From: a virus
IMG/VR virus record: IMGVR_UViG_3300018875_000005
Coordinates: 4,134-68,133 of that record
DNA: 64,000 nucleotides
Strand: one strand, 5' to 3'
The notes below the pieces were generated by a model. That model saw only the letters and a list, made by a program, of their open reading frames with translations. It made no database searches and was not told the DNA's origin. The translations under genes were made by a program, and so were the position numbers. Positions 1-9,058 of this stretch are shown here, piece after piece; within the stretch, counting starts at the first letter, position 1, and the number at the start of each line of letters is the position of its first letter.

Positions 1-1
1 C

Positions 2-1591
2 GTCTCCAGCGTCTACCGCGTCCCCCTCGACCAAGTCGTCATCGAGCCCGGCGAAAGCGCCGGAGAACAGCGCATCGAAGTCCACCTCACGGCCCTCACC
101 CCCCTGGACGACGCCACCCTGGCCGGCCTGTGGGCCAAGCGCATCGCCCGCAAGGGCGGACTCCTGCCCGACACCCACCTGGAGGAGATCCAGCCCGACC
201 CCGCCACCGGCGGCGAGGTCGCCTGGGTCGTCGCCGACGAGGACCGCGACTCCCTCCCCGCCCAGGTCGACCGCCGCGACCTCGCCGGCGCCCTGCGCAC
301 CAACGCCCTGCTGATCTCCTACGAACCCAGCCGCCGCGACCCCCGCCGCGCCGTGATCCGCCGCATGGACCACAACCCCCTGGAGAAGGGCACCCCGTTC
401 ACCGGCCCCGACATGCTCAAGCCCACCAAGGGCGGCTACTTCCAGATCGGCACCGCGGTCTCCGGCCGCCCGGTCCGCGCCCAACTCTTCGACCCCAAGC
501 TCGGCGCAAGGCACCTCATCGTCACCGGCGTCACCGGCGCCGGCAAAGGCGGCGTCCTGCAACTCCTGGCCCTGGCCGCCCACCTGGACGGCGCCGCCAT
601 CCTCTACGGCGACCCCAAGGGATCCTCCAACCCCGTCATCGAGGACATGGCCGCCCACTCCGGCCTGGGCGAAGAAGGCGCCATGGGCACCCTGCTCATC
701 GCCAAGGCCCTCCTCAACCACCGCATCACCGAGACCGCCCGGCTGAAGCAGAAGAACTTCGACCGCACGCGAATGCCCCACGTGGTGCTGATCCTCGACG
801 AGTCGTCCAGCCTGCTGGGCGAGAACGCCAAGTTCGCCCCCCTCGCCGTCCCCATCATGGAAGAACTCACCCGACTGGGCCGCTCCATGGGCATCTCCGT
901 CGTCCTCGCCGACCAGCTCCTCCAGCTCGCCCGGCTCGGCTCCTCCGCGGTCCGCGACAACATCGTCGGCAACGGCGGCCTGATCCTGCTCCGCGCCGAC
1001 TCCAGCCAGCGGAACCTCATCGACCTGCCCCCCGGCCTGGAGGGCTGCAACCCCGCCGACATCCCCGCCACCTGGAGCGCCGACGACGAACACCTCGTCT
1101 ACGACGGAACCGTGGAGATCGGCGACCCCGAGACCACTTTCGGCCTGGGCTATTTCGCCACCACCGACGCCGTGGCGGCCATGGCCCGCGCGCTCATCCT
1201 GGAGGACGCCTCCCCCTACATCGACCCCACCCGGGTCGTGGTCCCGTGGGACTGGCCCCAGTGGGAGCAGCGGCACGACATCGCCGAGCAGCCGACCGCC
1301 ACGGAAGCCGCCCCGGCGCCGAACAGCAACAGCGGCACTCTGGACGGCTTCCTGGCAGCCCCCCAGGCTGCTCCCGCCACGGCCGAGGACAAGATCCTGC
1401 GCGCCCTGGAGGAGTGCGACCCGCTGGAGCTGCCCATGCCCGTGGCCGCGCTGATGGCCGCCACCGGCCTGGCCGAGTCCACCGTGCAGAACAAGGCCGG
1501 CGCCCTGGTCAAGGCCGGGAAGATCCTCCGCCCCCGGAAGGGCCACTACGCCCCGCTCGACTACACCGGCGAGACAGCAGAGGAGGAGTGA
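2..1591 (+). CDS. TraB/FtsK-SpoIIIE-like DNA translocase with C-terminal winged helix (5'-truncated by the window)
   Basis: Frame is open from base 2. Walker A GVTGAGKG, Walker B VVLILDE, C-terminal wHTH-like (EDKILRAL...ALMAATGLAESTVQNKAGALVKAGKI); architecture of Streptomyces plasmid TraB proteins. Confidence 0.8.
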   Translation, partial: VSSVYRVPLDQVVIEPGESAGEQRIEVHLTALTPLDDATLAGLWAKRIARKGGLLPDTHLEEIQPDPATGGEVAWVVADEDRDSLPAQVDRRDLAGALRTNALLISYEPSRRDPRRAVIRRMDHNPLEKGTPFTGPDMLKPTKGGYFQIGTAVSGRPVRAQLFDPKLGARHLIVTGVTGAGKGGVLQLLALAAHLDGAAILYGDPKGSSNPVIEDMAAHSGLGEEGAMGTLLIAKALLNHRITETARLKQKNFDRTRMPHVVLILDESSSLLGENAKFAPLAVPIMEELTRLGRSMGISVVLADQLLQLARLGSSAVRDNIVGNGGLILLRADSSQRNLIDLPPGLEGCNPADIPATWSADDEHLVYDGTVEIGDPETTFGLGYFATTDAVAAMARALILEDASPYIDPTRVVVPWDWPQWEQRHDIAEQPTATEAAPAPNSNSGTLDGFLAAPQAAPATAEDKILRALEECDPLELPMPVAALMAATGLAESTVQNKAGALVKAGKILRPRKGHYAPLDYTGETAEEE

Positions 1592-1714
1592 CCCGGAAGA
1601 CCAGTGAACGGCCCCGCCCACCCGGGCGGGGCCGCGGTGTACCGAATCCGCCCCACCCCGCACCGCTTAGACCGGACACTGAGAACCCACCACCTGAAGG
1701 AGGCCCCGACCACC

Positions 1715-2410
1715 GTGGCCAGCCCGTCCCGCCGCCGCACCCCCCGGCCTGCGCGCCGCACCGCAGGCGTCCCCCGGCAACGCCCCACCCCCCGCCCCAC
1801 CCGGAAGACCAGGGAACCGCTGCTCATCCCGACCAGCCTCCGCAACGCCGCCTCCTACCTCCACGGCTGGGCCTGGATCGCCGCCGGCGTCACCGCCGGC
1901 ACCATCCTCATCCTCTGGACCGAGTACGTCATCGCCGCCTGCGTCGCCGCGCTGATCGCCGCCTCCTGGTGGGACCGGCACCACGCCCCGTTACGCCCCC
2001 GCACCCCCGCCGCGGGCGGCCTCGCCCAGTACCGGGCCATGGCCCCCACCGCGTTCGAGGACGCCATCGCCGCCCTCGCCCGCCGCTCACCCGACGTCGC
2101 CCGCGCCACCCGCGCCGGCGGCTCCAACGACCGCGCCCTCGACGTCCTCGTCCAGCTCCGCGACGGCCGCCGCATCCTCATCCAGTGCAAGCGCTACACC
2201 GGCAACGTCGGCGCCCCCGCCCTGTACCAGGTCAACGGCACCTACCGGTCCACCCACCGCTGCCAGATGGCCGTCGTCGTCACCACCGCCGGATTCACCC
2301 GATCCGCACTGGAATGGAACGCCTCCCTGCCCCGCGCCGAACGCCTCCGCCTGGTCGACGGGCCCGCCCTCATGGCCTGGGCCCGGGGCGGACCACCCCC
2401 CTGGGCATGA
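1715..2410 (+). CDS. Membrane-anchored Mrr-like (PD-(D/E)xK, Q-x-K) restriction endonuclease
   Basis: RBS AAGGAGG before GTG 1715. Two N-terminal hydrophobic helices; motifs FEDAIAAL, DRALDVLV, IQCKRY, VVVTTAGFT. In-frame TTA codon at 1991. Confidence 0.8.
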   Translation: MASPSRRRTPRPARRTAGVPRQRPTPRPTRKTREPLLIPTSLRNAASYLHGWAWIAAGVTAGTILILWTEYVIAACVAALIAASWWDRHHAPLRPRTPAAGGLAQYRAMAPTAFEDAIAALARRSPDVARATRAGGSNDRALDVLVQLRDGRRILIQCKRYTGNVGAPALYQVNGTYRSTHRCQMAVVVTTAGFTRSALEWNASLPRAERLRLVDGPALMAWARGGPPPWA

Positions 2411-2425
2411 ACCCACCGGCACCCT

Positions 2426-2460
2426 CGAGGGCCCCGACCGCACCCGCGGCGGGGCCCTCG
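2426..2460. terminator. Stem-loop after the Mrr-like gene
   Basis: CGAGGGCCCCG-N13-CGGGGCCCTCG perfect 11-bp inverted repeat. Confidence 0.55.
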
Positions 2461-2765
2461 CCCCGTCCCGCCTACGTTCCGCCCACGGACACGCTGGTGA
2501 GCCATCACCTGGGAACGTTCCTACCTGCCCCGGGGGAACACCTCGGTAGCGCCCGACCCTCGCATCCGCCACGATCAACGAGCACGGCCCGGAACCGAGT
2601 CTTGGTCGTCCCCCGCGCCCACACGGCGACGTCCCGGGCCGTGCACACCAGACTCCCGTTCACTCTGGTGGGGACGGGAAACGGCCCCGCACCCATCCCC
2701 CCGAGTGCGGGGCCGCCACCATGCCCCGGGGCAACACCCCCACCACAACGCGGGATCATGGGCAC

Positions 2766-2778
2766 CAGGCGCGGGGCC
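2766..2778 (+). promoter_or_regulatory. Late-promoter motif copy 1 (CAGGCGCGGGGCC) upstream of terS
   Basis: Identical 13-mer also at 5733 and 7722; preceded by GATCAT. Confidence 0.55.
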
Positions 2779-2815
2779 CGACAACCACACACGCACGGTG
2801 GGAGCCCCAACCGCC

Positions 2816-3313
2816 ATGGCCAAGTCCAAAGCCGAGCAAGCCGACGTCGCCGCACGCCGCGCCGCCCTCATCCGGCTCCGCCGCGCCGGCGTCCAATTCG
2901 ACGACCCGCGCATCCTCGCCCTCGGCTACGCCTCCCCCAACGCCGCGTCCAAGGACATGATCCGCGCGCTCAAACAGCGCCGCGACGAGCAGGACGCCGA
3001 GGTCTCCGTCTACCGCCAGCAGGAAGGCGAACGCCTCGACGCGCTGCTGGAGGCCGTCTGGGACAACGCGATGCAGGGCGACCCCCGCGCCATCGAGGCC
3101 GCCCTGAAGATCGCCGACCGGCGCGCCAAGCTCTACGGCATCGACGCCCCCCAGCGCACCGAGGTCTCCGGTCCCGACGGCGGCGCCGTCCCGCTCGGCT
3201 CTGGCTCCCTGGCCGAGCTGAACAAGCTCATCTCCATCGCCGGGCAGACCGGACCCGAACTCGAAGCCCCCGCAGACGCCGACACCGACGCCGATGACGA
3301 CCGCGCCCCCTGA
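2816..3313 (+). CDS. terS: Terminase small subunit
   Basis: Directly upstream of and overlapping terL; helical protein with RRAKLYGIDAPQRTEVSGPDGG tail typical of actinophage TerS. Confidence 0.75.
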   Translation: MAKSKAEQADVAARRAALIRLRRAGVQFDDPRILALGYASPNAASKDMIRALKQRRDEQDAEVSVYRQQEGERLDALLEAVWDNAMQGDPRAIEAALKIADRRAKLYGIDAPQRTEVSGPDGGAVPLGSGSLAELNKLISIAGQTGPELEAPADADTDADDDRAP

Positions 3314-4889
3314 GTACGACCCCGACCTGTTCGACGAGGACGAGCACGCCGAAGCAGACCTCATCGCCCGCTACCGCACCCTCACCGTCGTCGAACGCCG
3401 CCGGGTCGCCCGCCGCGCCTCCCCCGAACTCCGCGCCCGCCTGGCCCACGAGGAACGCCAGATGGCCATGGACCGCTCCCCCGGGGCGCTGGCCGCCGTG
3501 CTCACCGAGGGACGGGAACTCCAGGCCCCGCACTTGGACCTCATCGACGGTGTCTTCCAGCGCATCGCCAACGGCGAGCGGCTCCAGGTCATGCTGACCA
3601 TGCCCCCGCGGCACGGAAAGTCGCAGCGGGCCTCCCGGTGGGGACCGCTGTGGTACCTGCGGCGCCATCCCGAGCACCGCGTCATGATCGCCTCCTACGG
3701 TGCCAGCCTTGCCGAGGACCACGGCCGCTGGATCCGCGATCAGCTCCAGGAGTACCCCGACACCCTCGGCATCCGCCTCCACCCCGCCTCACACGCCGCG
3801 AACCGGTTCGACCTCGAGCAGAAACGCGGCTCGTCCGTGCGGGGCGGCATGGTCACCGCCGGTGTCGGCGGCGGACTTACTGGAAAAGGTTTTCATCTAG
3901 GTATCATCGACGACCCGTTTAAGGGCAACGACGACTCCGGCAGCCCCGCCCAACGCGACCGCGTCTACGACTGGTACCGCTCCGTCTTCTTCACCCGCCG
4001 CGCCCCCGGCGCCTCCATCATCCTGATCAACACCCGCTGGCACGAAGACGACCTCTCCGGCCGCCTCCTGAAGAACGAACCCCACCGCTGGATCCAGATC
4101 GACCTCCCCGCCATCGCCGACAGCCCCCACGACCCCCTCGGCCGCTCCATCGGCCAAGCCCTCTGGCCGTCTCAGTACGACGAAGCCGACCTGGCGGACA
4201 CCCGCGAATCTCTCGGCGAGCGCATCTGGTACGCCATGTACCAGCAGAAACCCCGCCCGTTGGAGGGCGGCGTGTGGAAGTGGGCCTGGATCACCGGCAA
4301 CCGCATCACGGTCGAGGCGTGGCCCGGCGTCACCCCCACCCGTGTCGTCGTCGCCGTCGACCACGCCGGCGGCGACTCCCTCCGCAACGACGAGGTCGGC
4401 CTCACCAGCGCGGCCCGCGACGGCCGCGGGCACCTGTACGTCCTGGACGACCGCTCCCGCACCATGGGCGCCGACACCTGGGGCACCGAAGCGTGCCTGC
4501 TGGCCATCGAACGACAGGCGGACGCGATCGTGGTGGAGAACAACTTCGGCGGCGACATGGCCCGCCAGATCGTCACCCAGGCGTGGGCGGAACTGGAACG
4601 TGAGGGCAACACCGGAGGCATGGTGATGCCGCGCATCGTCGAGGTCCACGCGAAACAGGGCAAGCGGCTTCGGGCGGAGCCGATCGCGCAGCTCTACGCC
4701 CGCGGCCTGGTCCACCACGTGGGGGAGTTCACCGAACTGGAGGGCCAGATGGTCACCTGGGTGCCGGGCATGGACTCCCCGGACCGGATGGACGCGGCCG
4801 TGCACGCCCTGACCGAACTGGCCGACCCCGCAGCCGCCAACACCGGGTCGCAGTCCTACGCCGACCGCCGGCTCACCGGCCGCAGGTGA
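3294..4889 (+). CDS. terL: Terminase large subunit
   Basis: MPPRHGKS Walker A, LGIIDDP Walker B, C-terminal nuclease VAVDHAGG...DSPDRMDA. Confidence 0.95.
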   Translation: MTTAPPEYDPDLFDEDEHAEADLIARYRTLTVVERRRVARRASPELRARLAHEERQMAMDRSPGALAAVLTEGRELQAPHLDLIDGVFQRIANGERLQVMLTMPPRHGKSQRASRWGPLWYLRRHPEHRVMIASYGASLAEDHGRWIRDQLQEYPDTLGIRLHPASHAANRFDLEQKRGSSVRGGMVTAGVGGGLTGKGFHLGIIDDPFKGNDDSGSPAQRDRVYDWYRSVFFTRRAPGASIILINTRWHEDDLSGRLLKNEPHRWIQIDLPAIADSPHDPLGRSIGQALWPSQYDEADLADTRESLGERIWYAMYQQKPRPLEGGVWKWAWITGNRITVEAWPGVTPTRVVVAVDHAGGDSLRNDEVGLTSAARDGRGHLYVLDDRSRTMGADTWGTEACLLAIERQADAIVVENNFGGDMARQIVTQAWAELEREGNTGGMVMPRIVEVHAKQGKRLRAEPIAQLYARGLVHHVGEFTELEGQMVTWVPGMDSPDRMDAAVHALTELADPAAANTGSQSYADRRLTGRR

Positions 4890-5172
4890 CGGTTTTCAGA
4901 ACAACTCATCGGCCGCGGTGGCGTCCCTCACCCGGCCGGATGACCGCGCCAGGGGGACGCCGAGCAGGCGCTCCACCTCCCTCAACCAGCAGACGAACGC
5001 ACCCCAAAGTATGTAGACCACCCAAACGACCAGCGATTTCTGTCTCGAAAACCCGCACGGAGCGACGCAGAAACGGTACGGGGCGCTGTCTGAAATCTCG
5101 GTGGAAGCAGCGGCGAAAGTTGGTTCACAACATGCGAATCGCTGCCGGACCAAAGTTTTTGCAACTACAGTG

Positions 5173-5202
5173 GGGACAACGCGCCGCACGGCGTGTTGTC
5201 CC
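5173..5202. other. Strong 14-bp hairpin in low-GC intergenic insert
   Basis: GGGACAACGCGCCG-CA-CGGCGTGTTGTCCC. Confidence 0.5.
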
Positions 5203-5249
5203 GTCGAGCCAGACGGCGAAGCACGCTTGAGGGGCGCGGAACGCATGAG

Positions 5250-5280
5250 CGGAGGACCGACCTGGCTGGCCGGCCCTCCG
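5250..5280 (-). terminator. Hairpin downstream of the minus-strand small peptide gene
   Basis: 13-bp stem whose two A/C mismatches on + become G-U pairs only on the - strand. Confidence 0.55.
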
Positions 5281-5308
5281 TTCAGGGTGGTAATGCCGGG
5301 CTGGGGGG

Positions 5309-5410
5309 CTAGGTGATCTTCGTGACTACGTCGGCTGTCTCGAGGAGCAACTCGATAAGCGCGACCACGAAGGCCCAGTAACCCCAGTCCGGCGGCTCAT
5401 CTAGTGTCAT
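5309..5410 (-). CDS. 33-aa hydrophobic peptide MTLDEPPDWGYWAFVVALIELLLETADVVTKIT
   Basis: ATG preceded by AAGGAGG Shine-Dalgarno, single hydrophobic segment, followed by strand-specific hairpin; below the ORF-track length cutoff. Confidence 0.65.
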   Translation of the reverse strand: MTLDEPPDWGYWAFVVALIELLLETADVVTKIT

Positions 5411-5721
5411 TTCCCCCTCCTTCTTCCCTGGGTGCCGCATGCGCCGGTGGTGCCGCATGGGCCGGAAGAAGTCCTTCCGACCATGGTGCGGAAGGCGTTC
5501 GGAGCGAGAGACGGTGACGAGCCGCGTGAGACAGCGTAGATGGGCTGCGGACGCTGGGTGGACGGTTCGTGGAACAAAGATTGTCGCGAACCCGATTAAT
5601 CGCTCATATCGCCGGAAGATCGTCCGCGCGAGTGGTAGCGCGCAAACCCCTACCCGCCGGTAAGGGCTTCCGATGATCCCGTGCGCCGCCTCCCCGGGGA
5701 ACCCCGAAGGCCCCTCGAACG

Positions 5722-5745
5722 TACCCTGATCTCAGGCGCGGGGCC
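5722..5745 (+). promoter_or_regulatory. Late-promoter motif copy 2 upstream of portal
   Basis: TACCCTGATCTCAGGCGCGGGGCC, 23/24 identical to 7711-7734. Confidence 0.65.
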
Positions 5746-5768
5746 CGAACAGCGGAGGGGTGTGCCCC

Positions 5769-7700
5769 GTGGGCCTCATCAGCGGCGCCAAGCGCGTAGT
5801 CCTCGACGCCTGGTCGTGGCTCAACTACAAGCCGGTCTTCTCCGACGACCTGCGCGGCATGCCCAACCGGCGCGTCTACCCCGAGGCCGTCGCCACCTGG
5901 GTTCCCGCCGACGACGAACGCCGCCTGGCCGCCTACAAGACGCTGGTCGCCTACGACCAGAACCAGGCCGGCGAGCTGGCCGCGATCGTGGACGGCCCCG
6001 AGGCCCGCGAACGCCGGGAGTTCGGCGACGCCGCCCAGTTCGTTGACACGCTCGTCTCCCACGTCCTGGGCCGGGAGCAGCACATCGTGGTCCCCGGCGC
6101 GGAGGACACCCCCACCGACGGCGACGACCCGGACCCGGAGGCCGCGACCGCGGCCCGCGTCCAGGAGCTGCTGCGCGCCTGGGCCGAGGCCGAGCTGCTG
6201 CCGATGCGGATGCAGCAGACCGAACGCAAGGCCGTGCTGCTGGGGGACGGCGTCTACCGGCTCGCCTGGGATCCCGGCAAACGCCGCGTGACGGTGAGGA
6301 GCCACGATCCGGGCTTCTACTTCCCGGTGTTGCCCGAGGACGGCGACGGGGAGTTCCCCACCCGCGTCCACTTCGCCTGGGAACTGCCCGCCGACCCCCG
6401 GCGGAAGCTCCCCGCCCGGCTCCGCAGGATCACCTACGAGCTGGACTTCATCCGCCCGGCCAGCGTCAACGGGGTCGACGCCCGCGGCCGGGCCGTCCGC
6501 GCCCCCCTCCCGGTGGAGGCAGCCGACGGCGACGAGGTGCCGCCGCCGATCCTCACCCCCGGCGACCTGATGAACCCCGACACCGGCGCCATCAGCAGGA
6601 TGTACGCCTGGAACGACGAGCCGAGCTACGTCACCTGCTACCTGACCGACGCCACCTGGGACCTGGGCGACCTCAAGGGCACCAACCTGGACGTCGACAA
6701 CCTCCCGATGGACGCCGCGGTGTTCGCCACTCGCGGCGACGGCGAGGTCCTGGACCACCTCGACCTAATGATCGACTTCATGCCGATCATCCACGTCCCC
6801 AACACCGTCCCCGGCGCGGAGGAGCACTGGGGCCAGTCCTCCCTCGCCAAAATCCTCCAAGTGCTGGACGAGTTGCAGGGCACCGACACCGACAGCAGCA
6901 AAGCCAGTGCGACCACCGGCTCGCCGATGGTGTCCTTCTCCGGCGAGGCCGCCGGCGGCCAGAAGATGCTCGAGGTCGGCCCCGGCATCGCCCACTACCT
7001 CGGCGCCAACGGCCGCATGGACGTCCTCAACACCGCCCCCCAGCTCGCCGAACTCCGCCACCGCACCGAGGAACTGCGCGACCGGGCCGCGACCGTCGCC
7101 CGGCTGCCCGCCGTCGCACTCGGCACCAACGACCCCTCCCAGGTCCCCTCCGGCTACGCGCTCCAGCTCTCCCTCGGCCCGCTCGACGCGCTCATCTCGT
7201 CCATGCGGCTGGCCCGGGACCACAAATACGCGCTGCTGCTGAAGATGGTCCAAAGGCTTCACATCGCCGGGCAGCATCCCGACTGGGTGGGCCTGCCCGT
7301 CCTGCCCGCGCGCCTGGTGTTCGGCCCCTACACCCCCGTCGACAAGACCGGCGTCCTCGAGCAGGTCGGCATCGGCGTGGAGAAGGGCGTGCTGTCGCTG
7401 GAGACCGCCGTCGCGATGCTGACCGAGGCCGGGTTCCCCATCGACGACGCCGCCGAGGAGATCGGGCGGATCCAGGCCCGGCAGTTCGAGAAGGCCCGCG
7501 CGCTGGCGGACGCGCTCGGCGACCCGCAGGCGGTCGCGGACTTCCTGGGCCTCCAGCCGCCCGCCGTGCCCGCCCCGCCGGCTCCGGTCCTGCCGCCCGC
7601 CCCCGGCGACCAAACCCAGGACGACGAGGACGAGGAAGACGACCCCGCCGTGACCAGCGGAAACACCGCCCCCGGGCAGAGCGGGGGGAACCCCCGGTGA
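5769..7700 (+). CDS. Portal protein
   Basis: Position after terL; VLLGDGVYRL, HVPN...WGQSSL, PSGYALQLSLGPL motifs of SPP1-like actinophage portals; start 5760 or 5769. Confidence 0.85.
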   Translation: MGLISGAKRVVLDAWSWLNYKPVFSDDLRGMPNRRVYPEAVATWVPADDERRLAAYKTLVAYDQNQAGELAAIVDGPEARERREFGDAAQFVDTLVSHVLGREQHIVVPGAEDTPTDGDDPDPEAATAARVQELLRAWAEAELLPMRMQQTERKAVLLGDGVYRLAWDPGKRRVTVRSHDPGFYFPVLPEDGDGEFPTRVHFAWELPADPRRKLPARLRRITYELDFIRPASVNGVDARGRAVRAPLPVEAADGDEVPPPILTPGDLMNPDTGAISRMYAWNDEPSYVTCYLTDATWDLGDLKGTNLDVDNLPMDAAVFATRGDGEVLDHLDLMIDFMPIIHVPNTVPGAEEHWGQSSLAKILQVLDELQGTDTDSSKASATTGSPMVSFSGEAAGGQKMLEVGPGIAHYLGANGRMDVLNTAPQLAELRHRTEELRDRAATVARLPAVALGTNDPSQVPSGYALQLSLGPLDALISSMRLARDHKYALLLKMVQRLHIAGQHPDWVGLPVLPARLVFGPYTPVDKTGVLEQVGIGVEKGVLSLETAVAMLTEAGFPIDDAAEEIGRIQARQFEKARALADALGDPQAVADFLGLQPPAVPAPPAPVLPPAPGDQTQDDEDEEDDPAVTSGNTAPGQSGGNPR

Positions 7701-7710
7701 CAGATGTGCT

Positions 7711-7734
7711 TACCCTGATCACAGGCGCGGGGCC
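7711..7734 (+). promoter_or_regulatory. Late-promoter motif copy 3 upstream of scaffold
   Basis: TACCCTGATCACAGGCGCGGGGCC. Confidence 0.65.
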
Positions 7735-7762
7735 TGGACACTCCATGGGAGGACACGCCCTC

Positions 7763-8506
7763 ATGCGCCGCCCCGCGCTGCACCGCCCCGCCCCCGCCAC
7801 CGGCCCGGGGTGGTCCCACCCCTACACCGGCCTCCCCGCCGCCGCGGTGTTCTACAACGACGGCGGCGACCCCAGCCCCGACCCCACGCCTCCCACTCCC
7901 GGCGCCCCGGCCGCCCCGAAGCCCGGCCCCCCGGCCGGCACCGTCACCATGACCCAGGACGAGCTGTCGGCGTTCGCCGCCAAGGAGAAGTCCCAGGGCA
8001 AGCGCTCCGCGCTGAAGGAGTGGGCCGCCGAGCACGGCTTCAACTCCCCCGACGACGCCGCCGCGTTCATCAAGGCCGCCCGCCAGGCCCAGGAAGAGGC
8101 CATGACGGAGCAGGAGAAGCGCGAGCAGGCCCTCGCCGCCAAGGAGCGGGAACTGGCCGCCCGGGAGGCCGAGGCCGCGGCCCGGCTGCGGGAGGCCACC
8201 CGCAAGGCCGTGCTCGTCTCCCTGGGCGCTACCGGCGTGGACCTGGAGGACGCCACCGCGCTGCTGCGGGTGGACGCCGACGCCGACGACGCGGCCGTCC
8301 GGGAGGCCGCCGAGAAGCTGAAGGAGCGCCGCCCCGAGCTGTTCGGCGGCACCCGCCCCGCCGACCGTCAGACCCCGCCCCCCGCGCCCGGCGGCGCCCC
8401 GGCCGGCGGCCCCCCCATCCGGCCCCCGGCCGCCAAGGACGACGTCAAGGAACGCGCCCGCCAGCGGGCCATCGCCATGGGCTACGCCCGCCCCGACGCC
8501 GCCTGA
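7763..8506 (+). CDS. Capsid scaffolding protein
   Basis: RBS GGGAGG; FYNDGGDP start, long charged coiled coil, ERRPELFG motif; position between portal and capsid. Confidence 0.8.
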   Translation: MRRPALHRPAPATGPGWSHPYTGLPAAAVFYNDGGDPSPDPTPPTPGAPAAPKPGPPAGTVTMTQDELSAFAAKEKSQGKRSALKEWAAEHGFNSPDDAAAFIKAARQAQEEAMTEQEKREQALAAKERELAAREAEAAARLREATRKAVLVSLGATGVDLEDATALLRVDADADDAAVREAAEKLKERRPELFGGTRPADRQTPPPAPGGAPAGGPPIRPPAAKDDVKERARQRAIAMGYARPDAA

Positions 8507-8620
8507 CCCAGGCGGCCCACCGACTGAGGGACCACGCCCTCTCAACACCCGTGGACGGCACCAGCGACCGGTGTCTGCACCCCACACGTGCCATCCCCAA
8601 TCCACGGGAGGAGATCCGGC

Positions 8621-9043
8621 ATGGACATCCAGCCGATCACCACTGAGGAGACCGTCACTGCGGAGCGGCCCTGGCTGCTGTCCCTGCACGGCTCCGAGAC
8701 CAACAAGACCGTCACTCTCGATCTGTCGGCGTTCACCGAGGACACCCACTGGATCGAGGGCACCCCGCTGATGCCGCAGCGGCGCCTGAAGTCCGGCATC
8801 CCGCTGGGGCGGATCACCGCCTCCGGCCTGTACGGGCCGTACACCACCGGCGCCTCCAACGGCACCCAGGTCTTCGCCGGGCTGCTGGCCACCGAGACCG
8901 CCTACAACCCCACCTCCACCCGGGTCGGCGCCGCGATGATCGTTCACGGTGACGTGGACGTCGCCAAGCTCCCGGTCGCGTTCACCGTCCCCGCCGCCGG
9001 ATCCCGCACCGACGGCATCGTCTTCTCCGACTCCGACGCCTGA
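8621..9043 (+). CDS. Head decoration protein (lambda gpD-like)
   Basis: LKSGIPLGRITASGLYGPY...GLLATE motif immediately before MCP. Confidence 0.8.
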   Translation: MDIQPITTEETVTAERPWLLSLHGSETNKTVTLDLSAFTEDTHWIEGTPLMPQRRLKSGIPLGRITASGLYGPYTTGASNGTQVFAGLLATETAYNPTSTRVGAAMIVHGDVDVAKLPVAFTVPAAGSRTDGIVFSDSDA

Positions 9044-9058
9044 CAGGGGTGATCACTG

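Noticed and set aside
2461-2760. tRNA-like or structured RNA before terS
   Set aside because: Only isolated hairpins (CACCAGA/TCTGGTG, GGCCCCGCAC/GTGCGGGGCC); no cloverleaf
130-3297. 1055-aa Pro/Arg-rich ORF and similar long ORFs (14405-20923 minus, 35493-36836 plus, etc.)
   Set aside because: Shadow frames typical of ~73% GC DNA; they overlap real genes with recognisable motifs
4896-5246. 116-aa minus-strand ORF with a hydrophobic stretch
   Set aside because: No SD, non-Streptomyces codon usage, and it crosses two strong hairpins; unsupported
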